Shown: positions 40,547 through 49,953 of the stretch, piece by piece
Numbering within the stretch: position 1 is the first letter of the stretch
Layout: every line of letters starts with the position of its first letter
NCBI GenBank assembly: GCA_040903985.1
Contig: JBBDUI010000002.1
Span: 326,038 to 390,037 of the forward strand
From: Candidatus Saccharimonadales bacterium
GTDB taxonomy: Bacteria > Patescibacteriota > Saccharimonadia > QS-5-54-17
Length of the DNA stretch: 64,000 nt
Direction of reading: 5' to 3'
Program-made: the position numbers and the translations under genes
The notes under the pieces: model-generated
Told to the model about the DNA's origin: nothing
The model's input: only the letters and a program-made list of their open reading frames with translations
Database searches by the model: none

Positions 40547-41812
40547 TTAAGCCATAGTCTCCAATAACTCTCGCGCCACGGCTCGATCATCCCACTCTAT
40601 GCGCTGAGCGTTACCGATTCGGCGATACTTCTGATGCCCGAGACAAAGCAGTGCTACCGTATCATCTGCTCCTGCCAGTGCAAAAGCCCGCGCTATCCCA
40701 TCTCTGCGATCAGCTATCTCTTCCACTTGAGCGGTAGCTGCCGTTCTGGCAGCCTCTACTATCTCTTCTCTGATCACTCTCGGATCACTATCCATTGGCT
40801 CATCATCAGTTACAATTACTACATCACTCAACCGCCCTGCCGCTTCTCCGAGGCCACGATAATCATGAGTCGGAGCACCCCCGAAGACGGTAATGATCCG
40901 GCCCTTAGTTACCGGCCGTAAGTTGCCCAGGACATTCTCAAACGCATCAGGTGTATGGGCGTAATCGACGATAACGGTGAAGTCTTGACCGGTATGAATG
41001 GCCTCCATGCGACCCGGGACCCCGCTGAGCAGCTTTAACCCCGCCTGCACGTCCTCCCAATCAATCTCTAGCCCAAAGGCGACTGTAGCGGCTGCAAGAG
41101 CGTTATAGACGTTAAACTTACCAGGTAACTGCAGGTCGAGCTCCATCATCCGCTCCCCATAACGAATCTTGATATGCGAGGTATCGGAATGCAGTTTAGC
41201 TTTTTCTAGTCGGACGTCAGCCTCCTTCGCGGTGCCATAAGTATAAGCCGCATGGAAAGCGCTCTTACGAAAATAGTCGTACCATTCGTCGTCTCGGTTT
41301 AATACCGTGGCTACTCGAGCCTGACAGAGCAGTTTAGCTTTAGTAGCAGCATACTCCTCGACCGTACCGTGATAGTCCAGGTGGTCGGGGCTGAGATTAG
41401 TCAGTACCGCCGTATGAATCGGTACTCCCCAGGTACGGTACTGGCTTAAAGCGTGCGAGGTGACTTCGAGCACTACCCAATCGACCTGCGCCTCCCGCAT
41501 TCGGCGCAGGAGCTTCTGTAGTGCGAAAGGATTAGTGGTGGTCATATTCAATTCGTTATCCCATGCCTCCTCACCGATACGAAAGTTAGCCGTCGTACTC
41601 ACCCCTACCTTATACCCGGCAGCCCCTAATATACTGGCCAGATAGTTGGCGCTGGTTGTCTTACCATTCGTACCAGTTATGCCGATAACTTTTAGGCCCC
41701 GAGCCGGAAAACCATAGATTAAATTTGCCAGCAGCGCTCGCGAGAAATGATACGGGCGTAAGATCGGTTTAACGAGTGAGCTGGGTAGGAGACTTTTTAT
41801 GAGTTTTTTCAT
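40547..41812 (-). CDS. murE: MurE-like Mur ligase lacking the N-terminal domain
   Basis: GITGTNGKTT, LEVTSH, TNLSPDHLDYH, PGRME, VDYAHTPDA; start MKKLIK. Confidence 0.85.
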   Translation of the reverse strand: MKKLIKSLLPSSLVKPILRPYHFSRALLANLIYGFPARGLKVIGITGTNGKTTSANYLASILGAAGYKVGVSTTANFRIGEEAWDNELNMTTTNPFALQKLLRRMREAQVDWVVLEVTSHALSQYRTWGVPIHTAVLTNLSPDHLDYHGTVEEYAATKAKLLCQARVATVLNRDDEWYDYFRKSAFHAAYTYGTAKEADVRLEKAKLHSDTSHIKIRYGERMMELDLQLPGKFNVYNALAAATVAFGLEIDWEDVQAGLKLLSGVPGRMEAIHTGQDFTVIVDYAHTPDAFENVLGNLRPVTKGRIITVFGGAPTHDYRGLGEAAGRLSDVVIVTDDEPMDSDPRVIREEIVEAARTAATAQVEEIADRRDGIARAFALAGADDTVALLCLGHQKYRRIGNAQRIEWDDRAVARELLETMA

Positions 41813-41844
41813 CTTCTTAAGTATGCCATCTCCGTCCCAGCTAC

Positions 41845-42591
41845 TCAATTCGCGCGAGCTGGCTCCATTAACCTCAGGGTAGGATTATCACCATCTGGTC
41901 GAAACAAGTCACGACCAACCTGCGCACCAATTCGCACTATCATCCTGGGTATCTGCTCTCCTTCTGCGACTAACTCATCCGGTGCATCTGCTGCCGGCAC
42001 AAATGGCTCAGCATCTAGCACGTAGATGTAGCCAGCGGTAAATATCTCCTCTGGATGCTCCACGATGTAGTCAAATACTGCCTTACTATCAACTCCGATG
42101 TATGGTGCCGCCGGCTTATCACTTACTTGGCTCACGCCGAAAGACGTCACAAAGCTGTCGAAACCGCGTTGGCGCAGAGCTTTCCGGTTCATCAAGGCGT
42201 ACGGGATAACCGCCACCGAATTATCTGTAGCGTAAACCCCATACCTCTGCCCGGACTCTCGCCGTACATCGTGACCTTGATAAGGAGTCAGGGTACGGTG
42301 AAGCTGCTCTGACCCAGGGTTAGAACCGTGCAATAGATATCCCTTCCCTACCAGCTCGGTGAGCGACTCTCGCACCTCAGCATAAGATAAGGCTGTCCAG
42401 TCGTACACTTCAGGAACACTGGTACGCTCGGGAGTATCGGCAACTAAGCTTGGACCGGTATCTTCCCTGGAGCCACTCGGTAGATCATCCATAAGTTCTA
42501 TACTAATCTCAGCTAAGGAATGGGCTACCCGCTCACTACCGCGGCCCGATCGAGCTTCCTCTACTGGAGTGTGCAGCGACTGCTCGCGCAT
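41845..42591 (-). CDS. Putative ADP-ribosyltransferase-fold (Arr-like) protein
   Basis: LLHGS...P...GVYATD...GYIYVL...F...DELVA...P motif series. Confidence 0.5.
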   Translation of the reverse strand: MREQSLHTPVEEARSGRGSERVAHSLAEISIELMDDLPSGSREDTGPSLVADTPERTSVPEVYDWTALSYAEVRESLTELVGKGYLLHGSNPGSEQLHRTLTPYQGHDVRRESGQRYGVYATDNSVAVIPYALMNRKALRQRGFDSFVTSFGVSQVSDKPAAPYIGVDSKAVFDYIVEHPEEIFTAGYIYVLDAEPFVPAADAPDELVAEGEQIPRMIVRIGAQVGRDLFRPDGDNPTLRLMEPARAN

Positions 42592-42740
42592 GGTTACTTC
42601 CCTTCTTTTGAATGTTTTTATTTTTTTCTATGTAGCTTTCTTATGTAACTATCTGCATATCATAGCATGAATTGGCCCAATTTACAAGGGTAGGGTTACG
42701 ACATGGCGTTGTGAATAAAGACTTTGATACTATAGATAGC

Positions 42741-43817
42741 ATGAATATCCTCGGGGTTGAGACTAGTTGTGACGAAACGGCGGCGGCCGTCGTGACCGAC
42801 GGCACTACTCTACTTTCGCACGTAGTCGTCAGTCAGATCGATATCCACCGCGAGTTTGGAGGAGTGGTCCCAGAGATAGCCTCCCGAAGCCATATAGAAG
42901 TTATTCTACCCGTCATTAGTAAGGCTTTAGACGATGCCCGCCTAGACTGGGAGGAGATCGATGGAATCGCCGTGACTTTCGGCCCCGGTCTATCTGGTAG
43001 CCTCCTCATCGGCTCCCTGACCGCTCGCACCCTAGCCCTGCTCAAGCATAAACCTCTCTATCCCATCCATCACGTGGAAGCTCACACCTATGCTAACTTC
43101 ATCATTAGAGTGAAAGATGAGGCCGCTACCGGTTTAAGGGTCGATGATCTTCCATCACGTGAACCTAGCTTTCCCCTCCTGTCCTTAACCGTCTCCGGGG
43201 GGCATTCTCAACTCGTACTATTTCAGGCTCACGGTGATTACCGCTTACTGGGGCAGACTCAGGATGATGCCGTAGGAGAGGCTTTCGATAAAGTGGCTAA
43301 GGTGCTGGGGCTAGAGTACCCGGGTGGACCCGCGATCGCACAAGCCGCTAAAGCGGGTGATCCCAAGGCTTACAAATTTCCTATCAGTAAACTAGATAAT
43401 CCATATGATTTTAGTTTTTCCGGATTAAAGACAGCTGTACTGCGCCACCTACAAAATCTAATCGGCGAAGACTTCAACTATCCCTCCCACCAGATAGCGA
43501 TGCGGCTCAGTCCCCAGCAAATAAACGATACGGCAGCCAGTTTCCAGCTGGTAGCAGTCCAAACTCTGGTAGATAAGACAGTGATGGCCCAACGAGAATA
43601 TACTCCGAGAACAGTAGTTATAGCTGGCGGGGTAGCTGCCAATCAAGAGCTACGCCATCAGCTTAGAGAGAAGCTACCGGTCGAGATCGAGTATGCCCCC
43701 AGTAGTCTATGCACTGATAACGCCGCTATGATTGCTGCGCTTGGTTACTACAAATCGCGGCAGACTGAGTCGGTCGACCCTTATAACCTGGAAATTGCTC
43801 CTAGCTTGAGCATGTAA
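42741..43817 (+). CDS. tsaD: tRNA N6-threonylcarbamoyltransferase
   Basis: ILGVETSCDET, GGVVPEIASRSH, HHVEAH, VSGGH, DDAVGEAFDK, CTDNAAMI. Confidence 0.97.
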   Translation: MNILGVETSCDETAAAVVTDGTTLLSHVVVSQIDIHREFGGVVPEIASRSHIEVILPVISKALDDARLDWEEIDGIAVTFGPGLSGSLLIGSLTARTLALLKHKPLYPIHHVEAHTYANFIIRVKDEAATGLRVDDLPSREPSFPLLSLTVSGGHSQLVLFQAHGDYRLLGQTQDDAVGEAFDKVAKVLGLEYPGGPAIAQAAKAGDPKAYKFPISKLDNPYDFSFSGLKTAVLRHLQNLIGEDFNYPSHQIAMRLSPQQINDTAASFQLVAVQTLVDKTVMAQREYTPRTVVIAGGVAANQELRHQLREKLPVEIEYAPSSLCTDNAAMIAALGYYKSRQTESVDPYNLEIAPSLSM

Positions 43818-43818
43818 G

Positions 43819-43834
43819 CGTTTCACGTGAAACT
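43819..43834. promoter_or_regulatory. parS site
   Basis: CGTTTCACGTGAAACT versus consensus TGTTNCACGTGAAACA. Confidence 0.8.
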
Positions 43835-43978
43835 ATGCGTTCTGCTACTGAGCTGTTGCTTAGTCTAACGTTCATGGTAAAATCTAACCAGACAAACAAA
43901 AACGTCCGTTGCTTAGGGAGCTTTAAAAATATGGAGGTTTGAGTCGCGAGAGTACTACTTAAGTACCTTACGCCAGAC

Positions 43979-43994
43979 CGTTTCACGTGAAACA
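43979..43994. promoter_or_regulatory. parS site
   Basis: CGTTTCACGTGAAACA, one mismatch from consensus. Confidence 0.88.
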
Positions 43995-44022
43995 CCCTCG
44001 CTTTAGCGAGGGTGTTTCTTTT
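43989..44022 (+). terminator. Intrinsic terminator overlapping the second parS
   Basis: GAAACACCCTCGCT/AGCGAGGGTGTTTC followed by TTTT. Confidence 0.7.
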
Positions 44023-44206
44023 ACGAGCTCATTATAAACCTAGCTTGTCCTAGCTATAGGCTATGCCGTAGCCTACTGGCACTAAGGTACGGGTGAGGGG
44101 AGTGAGTATTTATCTACAGATATTTAACCCTTATATATCACGTGACTTCTACTAAAGTATCCGCTCTAGTAGAAAAATACCAATTATCTCCTATACTTAT
44201 ATCCAT

Positions 44207-46738
44207 ATGGCCCTAGAGAAGAACTACGAACCACAGCAGCATGAAGCCGACATCTACCACCGTTGGGAGGAGTCCGGGGCCTTTCAGCCTCAGGGATCGG
44301 GAGAGCCTTACACCATCATCATGCCGCCGCCCAATGCCAACGGTTCACTCCATGCTGGGCACGCCAGTGGTTATACACTCGAGGACGTACTAATTCGCTA
44401 TCACCGCATGCAGGGCCGCCGTACTCTGTGGCTGCCCGGTACCGATCATGCCGGCATCGAGACGCAGTTCGTCTATGAGCGTGAACTAGCTAAGGCGGGC
44501 AAGGATCGTTTCGACCTCGGGCCAGAGAAGTTCTACGCCGCCGTCATGGAATTTACTCAAGCCTCCCAAGGCAACATGCTAGCTCAGATGCGGGCGATGG
44601 GCTGGAGCGCTGACTGGAGTAAGCTGAAGTTCACACTCGACGAGGATATCATCGGTACCGTCTACGATACTTTTATCCAAATGCACCGAGACGGACTGGT
44701 CTATCGGGGTAATCGTATCGTTAACTGGTGTCCGCGGTGCAGCGCCGCTTTCGCCGATATCGAGCTAGACCACGTCGACCAAGAGGGCAAACTCTACACC
44801 TTGGACTACGGCTCGATTCAGATCGCTACCACCCGTCCCGAAACCATCTTTGCCGATACTGCGGTGGCGGTCCACCCAGAGGATGAGCGCTACCGAGACC
44901 TAGTAGGGCAGACCGCTACCGTACCCCTAGTAGAGCGACCGGTAGCCATTATCGCCGATAAGTACGTCGACCCTGGTGCCGGTACTGGTGCGTTAAAGGT
45001 GACGCCCGGCCATGACCCAAACGATTATGAGATCGGCGTGCGCCACCAACTAGCTGAGATCAGCGTGATCGATCCGGAGGGTAAACTGATCAATGTACCG
45101 GAAGAGTTTGCCGGGTTAGATGTGGGGGAGGGTAGGTTCGCCGTAGTAGCTGCTCTGGAGAAAGCCGGCAAACTACTCAAACAACAATCCATCCAGCATG
45201 CAGTCGCCATTCACGACCGTTGTGGAACCACTATTGAGCCCTTGATCTCGGAGCAGTGGTTCTTACGTGTCGGCGAGCTGAACCGCACGACCATCAAAGC
45301 CATCGAAACCGACGCGATCACCATCGTACCGCAGCGTTTTAAGAAAATCGCTCTCAATTGGCTGGAGCAGGAACACGACTGGTGTATCTCCCGACAGATA
45401 TGGTGGGGAATACGCATTCCGGTCTTTTATAAGACCTCCAATGATCCGGATAAAGAGCCCTATCTGGTAGCTAAGACCGAAGCTGAGGCTACGGCCTACT
45501 ACGGTAGTAACAACTATCGGGCCGAAACCGACACCTTCGATACCTGGTTCTCTTCCGGTCAGTGGCCTTACGCTACCTTAATGGCTCACGACCTAGAGAA
45601 TGAGTTCTACCCCACTACAGTCATGGCGACTGCTCGCGAGATTCTCCATAAATGGGTCACCCGAATGATAATGTTTGGCCTCTATCGTACCGGTGAAGTA
45701 CCGTTTAAGAGTGTCTACCTCTGGGGATTAGTGACCGACGAAGCGGGGCAGAAGATGAGTAAGAGTAAAGGGAACGTACTCGACCCGCTCGAACTCAGTC
45801 AGCGTTACGGCACCGATGCGCTCCGCATGACCATGGTGGTGAAGAATACCCCCGGTAACGACAGTCCCTTAAGCGAAAAGCAGGTCGAGGCTTACCGCAA
45901 CTTCTGCAACAAACTCTGGAACGTTTCGCGCTACACCTTGACCCAGCTAGGTAATACAGCAGCTAAGCCCCCGGTAGCTGTGACACTGGCAGACCGCTGG
46001 ATATACAGTCGCTTGCAGGCGGTTACGGCTGAAATCGACCGATTAGTCGCAGCTTATCGCCTCGATGAGGCAGCTCAAGCCATTTATCACCTACTCTGGA
46101 GTGACTTTGCCGACTGGTACCTCGAAGCGCATAAGCTAGAACAAAACCACGCCATGTTGTCATACGGTCTCGAGACTATCCTTAAACTGGCTCACCCTAT
46201 AGTTCCATTCATCACCGAGGCTATCTGGGGCGAACTACCGGGCTCGCGTGACCCCTTGATCACTACCTCTTGGCCCCACCCTGAGCGCATCGATCAGAAG
46301 TCTATAAGTGAGTTTAATCAGCTACAGTCGCTCATCTCACAAATTCGCACAGTCATCGCTGAAACCGGAGAAACTGCTCCTAACCTCTACTATCGAGAGG
46401 CCGACCTACTGGACGATAACGCCGCCCTAGTGAGCAAACTGGCCGGGCTAGAAAGCTGCACCCGCGTAACCGATGGGCGAGGACTGCCGATACCGGGCAC
46501 TCCCATCGCCTGCTGGCTCGATGTAGATGAGCACACTATCGCTCGTTATCGCCAAAAACTAGAAGCTAGCCTAAAAGAGACGCAAGCGCAGGTTGCTGGC
46601 TTTGAGTCAAAGCTAGATAATAAGGCCTACAGGCGCAATGCACCCAAAGAGATAGTCAAGGAGACGCGAGTACGGCTAAAGGCTGCTCAGATGCGCTTAC
46701 AAACACTCTCAGAGCAACTTAAAGATCTGGATCAATAG
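44207..46738 (+). CDS. valS: Valine--tRNA ligase
   Basis: PPPNANGSLHAGH, DHAGIETQ, DWCISRQIWWG, KMSKS, C-terminal coiled coil. Confidence 0.97.
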   Translation: MALEKNYEPQQHEADIYHRWEESGAFQPQGSGEPYTIIMPPPNANGSLHAGHASGYTLEDVLIRYHRMQGRRTLWLPGTDHAGIETQFVYERELAKAGKDRFDLGPEKFYAAVMEFTQASQGNMLAQMRAMGWSADWSKLKFTLDEDIIGTVYDTFIQMHRDGLVYRGNRIVNWCPRCSAAFADIELDHVDQEGKLYTLDYGSIQIATTRPETIFADTAVAVHPEDERYRDLVGQTATVPLVERPVAIIADKYVDPGAGTGALKVTPGHDPNDYEIGVRHQLAEISVIDPEGKLINVPEEFAGLDVGEGRFAVVAALEKAGKLLKQQSIQHAVAIHDRCGTTIEPLISEQWFLRVGELNRTTIKAIETDAITIVPQRFKKIALNWLEQEHDWCISRQIWWGIRIPVFYKTSNDPDKEPYLVAKTEAEATAYYGSNNYRAETDTFDTWFSSGQWPYATLMAHDLENEFYPTTVMATAREILHKWVTRMIMFGLYRTGEVPFKSVYLWGLVTDEAGQKMSKSKGNVLDPLELSQRYGTDALRMTMVVKNTPGNDSPLSEKQVEAYRNFCNKLWNVSRYTLTQLGNTAAKPPVAVTLADRWIYSRLQAVTAEIDRLVAAYRLDEAAQAIYHLLWSDFADWYLEAHKLEQNHAMLSYGLETILKLAHPIVPFITEAIWGELPGSRDPLITTSWPHPERIDQKSISEFNQLQSLISQIRTVIAETGETAPNLYYREADLLDDNAALVSKLAGLESCTRVTDGRGLPIPGTPIACWLDVDEHTIARYRQKLEASLKETQAQVAGFESKLDNKAYRRNAPKEIVKETRVRLKAAQMRLQTLSEQLKDLDQ

Positions 46739-47286
46739 CCCCAAGCATCCACTACGCGTGCTATCACCAACGACTCAGCATGTTTTCGAACGTGATCCGG
46801 AGTGTCTCGATACAACATCCGGGTGCGATACTTGTACACGCAAAGCTCACGAGCTAGCTCTAACGTCACTCCTAGAAGCATCTCAATCTCAGCTTGACGA
46901 TCATCTGGCACCTCTGGCGGCTCATGCAAACCATAGAGTAACCAGCGACCACCGGGCTGTTCTAGGTAGTAGATAATATCGGCAATCTCCAGTGCCTTAT
47001 CGGCTGTAAGCCCTGGTTCATCCCGGTCTTTCGCCAACCGACGCTGCTCGATAAGCTCCCACATCTCTCCCGGCTTATCGACAGCGGTAGAGAATAACTT
47101 AGCGTAGACTTCACCCTGAGAACACGGCTTAATCCGCCCCCTATGAGCATCCATCTCTGGATGCAGAGTGTCATGGATATAGGCCACTACGCTTTCAGCC
47201 TGCGCTAATTCAAATCGTATCGACTCATAAAGCGCATCGGTAGCCGACATTTCAGCTGTGATTATTGTCTTGCCTTGCTCACCCAT
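46732..47286 (-). CDS. Hypothetical protein with MazG-like all-alpha NTP-pyrophosphatase motif
   Basis: GEMWELIE...LEIADIIYY (ExxE...ExxD). Confidence 0.5.
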   Translation of the reverse strand: MGEQGKTIITAEMSATDALYESIRFELAQAESVVAYIHDTLHPEMDAHRGRIKPCSQGEVYAKLFSTAVDKPGEMWELIEQRRLAKDRDEPGLTADKALEIADIIYYLEQPGGRWLLYGLHEPPEVPDDRQAEIEMLLGVTLELARELCVYKYRTRMLYRDTPDHVRKHAESLVIARVVDAWGY

Positions 47287-47315
47287 TACTACAACTATAC
47301 CATCGCTAAGTCGAA

Positions 47316-48152
47316 TTAAGCGGTAAAGTGTCGGGCTACGATACGTTTGATACTGGCCTGCGGGTCATACTCGTCGAACCATTCGGCTTGCCAGCCAAAG
47401 CTCTGGGCGGCCGCAACGTTTACCTTTGAATCATCGATAAATAGGATATCGCCCGGCTGCGCCCTAGCTGCTTGCGTAGCTATATCATAGATGGCCGAAT
47501 CCGGCTTGGTTACCCCCAGATCGCACGACTGTACTACCGCCTTATACTTCAAACTGGGTACTAGTTTGCGCTCTATGTACTCGCTGTAGGCTCCTTTACC
47601 GATATTGGTCAGTAGTCCGATCGGATAACTACGACTCATGGCTGCGATAAAAGTATGGGTCGGCAAGATTGGCCGCATATCATCAACCCAGGACTGCAGC
47701 GCCGCCTCACGACCAGCTCCGCTTGGATCAAGCTTCAACTTCAGCATGCAAAGCAGCTGAAATTCCTCGAAGTCCATCTCGCCACGACAGGTAGGACCCA
47801 GATACTCATAAAATAGCTTCAACACTTGGTCGTATGGTCGATTGATCCGTTCGGCGTAAGCCTGGACACTGGGTAGCCAGTGCACTAATACACCGCCCAC
47901 ATCAAAGTAGACGAACTTGATGCTGTCGCTTAGGGCGATCTTCAGTTTAGGTAATGTCAGTAAATCGGCCGCCGTACAGTGCAATGCATCGGCTAAATTG
48001 TGTACAGCCGTAACGGAAGGGGAGGGAATCTGTCCTTGCTCCAATTTAGTCAAAGTGGAATAGGCAACTCCTGAGCGGCGAGCCAACTCAGTCTGGGTAA
48101 AGCCGGCCGATTTACGTTCTTTCTTGAGTGCTTTTGGATCGAGCTGCGACAC
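47316..48152 (-). CDS. XRE HTH fused to a HAD phosphatase
   Basis: TQTELARRSGVAYSTLTKLEQG; FDVGGVL, LLTN, KPD, FIDD. Confidence 0.88.
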   Translation of the reverse strand: MSQLDPKALKKERKSAGFTQTELARRSGVAYSTLTKLEQGQIPSPSVTAVHNLADALHCTAADLLTLPKLKIALSDSIKFVYFDVGGVLVHWLPSVQAYAERINRPYDQVLKLFYEYLGPTCRGEMDFEEFQLLCMLKLKLDPSGAGREAALQSWVDDMRPILPTHTFIAAMSRSYPIGLLTNIGKGAYSEYIERKLVPSLKYKAVVQSCDLGVTKPDSAIYDIATQAARAQPGDILFIDDSKVNVAAAQSFGWQAEWFDEYDPQASIKRIVARHFTA

Positions 48153-48535
48153 TAGCTTGTTAACACCTGATGCGTAGAGATTAACTCCGCTTCTGTTACC
48201 TTCTCGGTATGCTGAAGCTGGATCTTACCCGGACCCTCCATCGGGATCAGATGTACATGAGCGTGCGGCACATCAAAACCATAGACCACTAGACCTACCC
48301 GCTTGGGATTAAGCTTCTCTTTCAGGAGCCGGGCCATCTTATGCACTGTCGTCATCACGGCCTGATACATGTCTGGCTCTAAATCCTGCAGTTCATCAAC
48401 TTCTAGCTTGGGCACAACCAGTAAGTGCCCCTCGCTGACCGGTCGAATATCAAGGAAGGCAAGCGTCATCTCATCTTCATAGACAATGTGTGCCGGAATC
48501 TCCCGCTGAATAATCTTGGTGAATATACTCGACAT
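48152..48535 (-). CDS. HIT-family nucleotide hydrolase
   Basis: SIFTKII..EIP, FLDIRP...GH.LVVPK, HAHVHLIP. Confidence 0.94.
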   Translation of the reverse strand: MSSIFTKIIQREIPAHIVYEDEMTLAFLDIRPVSEGHLLVVPKLEVDELQDLEPDMYQAVMTTVHKMARLLKEKLNPKRVGLVVYGFDVPHAHVHLIPMEGPGKIQLQHTEKVTEAELISTHQVLTS

Positions 48536-48642
48536 GGCTTCTATTATAGCAAGATATGGCTAGTTATCACCTACCGGTTCGCTCTCCTGATAGGATTTAA
48601 GCTTGGTGAGATCGCTTAGTTTAGTATAAAGTAGCTAACCTA

Positions 48643-49023
48643 ATGGAAACTAACGACTCACACTTGGAAATCGACCCCCGACAAGACGCCCTGGAAGAAG
48701 TAGCATTTATAGTCTGGCAGTTTGCTGCGGCCTGGCAGCAAGTGTCGTTTCATGACGATATGAAGCCAGTCAGACAGCCTAGTCATGATGAGCGCCTCAA
48801 AGCAGCTGAGTTGATGTATGACTTTGACTTAACCGCTGATGAGGTAGATGCGCAGGCCCGAAGCTTTTATCAGGAAACCGTCGAGATACTCTATCCGACA
48901 GATGGCTTAGACCCTATTCAGAGAGAACTAACACTGGACCAGCGCGATCGCCAGTATCTCAATGCACTATGGTCTATAAATGGAGCGATACGTACACGTA
49001 TACTCCAGGAGCGAGAAGCATAA
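48643..49023 (+). CDS. Hypothetical acidic protein
   Basis: 126-aa ORF, no recognised motif. Confidence 0.55.
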   Translation: METNDSHLEIDPRQDALEEVAFIVWQFAAAWQQVSFHDDMKPVRQPSHDERLKAAELMYDFDLTADEVDAQARSFYQETVEILYPTDGLDPIQRELTLDQRDRQYLNALWSINGAIRTRILQEREA

Positions 49024-49045
49024 ATTAAAGAGTCGAGCACCACAG

Positions 49046-49133
49046 CGGAGGGAGTGGGATTCGAACCCACGATTCCGGGTTACGGAATACTGCTTTTCGA
49101 GAGCAGCGCCTTCAGCCGCTCGGCCATCCCTCC
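49046..49133 (-). tRNA. tRNA-Ser(CGA), CCA not encoded
   Basis: GGAGGGA acceptor, CTGCT-CTCGAAA-AGCAG anticodon arm, long variable arm, GGTTCGAATCC; discriminator G followed by CTG. Confidence 0.94.
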
Positions 49134-49192
49134 GCTCTAATGCTTACAACCTACAGTTTAAAAGCAAACGAACTTAAAGTCGAAACCTTAAA

Positions 49193-49588
49193 CTACTTAA
49201 TCTCTGGGTACTTATCCGGCTTTGTCTCGAAATACTCTATCCAGGGACTGTCGTTCGGCACCGACACCTGCTCGATCCAGATTGACTGCACAAAGCCGCC
49301 TTTCTTCCTTAGCTTTGCTTCATGGAGCTCGACAAACTTAGCCCTATCATCGCTCCTCAGCCCTTCAACTAGCGCATCGATAACCAGCTGGACGTCGGCC
49401 AGCTCCTCCAAGAAATCGTCTTGATCGCTAGCTGCCGAGATTTCCTGCGACTCCTCATTAAGCTTTTCCGTCAGTTTAGCCTGTCGTTCAGCTCCCTCTA
49501 GCACTCGATACTTAACCTCGCAGCCCTCATCCTGCATCGCATCTAGTATCTTATCTCTGATTACTTTCCCGAAGTAAAATGTTCTCAT
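49193..49588 (-). CDS. MazG/PRA-PH-like nucleoside triphosphate pyrophosphohydrolase
   Basis: KVIRDKI, KLNEESQE, LEELADV, KKGGF. Confidence 0.85.
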   Translation of the reverse strand: MRTFYFGKVIRDKILDAMQDEGCEVKYRVLEGAERQAKLTEKLNEESQEISAASDQDDFLEELADVQLVIDALVEGLRSDDRAKFVELHEAKLRKKGGFVQSIWIEQVSVPNDSPWIEYFETKPDKYPEIK

Positions 49589-49814
49589 AGCAGCTCCTTG
49601 CAGGCATTATACATATTTTCACTTCGTAAAAGATCAGGTTCGAATCCGCTATCAAAGATAGCCATAGAATTAAAAATACCCTCTAACGAGGGCAGTGATT
49701 GGCTGTTTGCCCAGACAAAACGATACTGTTTTGTCTGGAGAAGGAAGACAAACCGAAAGCTGAAAGTAAAACAGCTTCCGCTGTTTGTACGGAAGCTATA
49801 GGTTTAGTCTGACG

Positions 49815-49891
49815 TGGTGTCCTCGGCAGGATTCGAACCTGCGGCCTTTGGCTCCGCAAGCCAACGCTCTATCCAGCTGAGCTACGAGGAC
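49815..49891 (-). tRNA. tRNA-Arg(GCG)
   Basis: GTCCTCGTAGCTCAGCTGGATAGAGC, TTGGC-TTGCGGA-GCCAA, GGTTCGAATCC, ends ACCA. Confidence 0.95.
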
Positions 49892-49953
49892 ACATACCCT
49901 TCATTATGCCATCTTTAATCAGTTTCTCAATCACTTTAAGCCTAAAATAGGCC

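Noticed and set aside
44022-44206. T-box riboswitch upstream of valS
   Set aside because: No T-box sequence (GGTGGNACCGCG) visible; a TATACT box lies 9 nt before the ATG, leaving no room for a leader.
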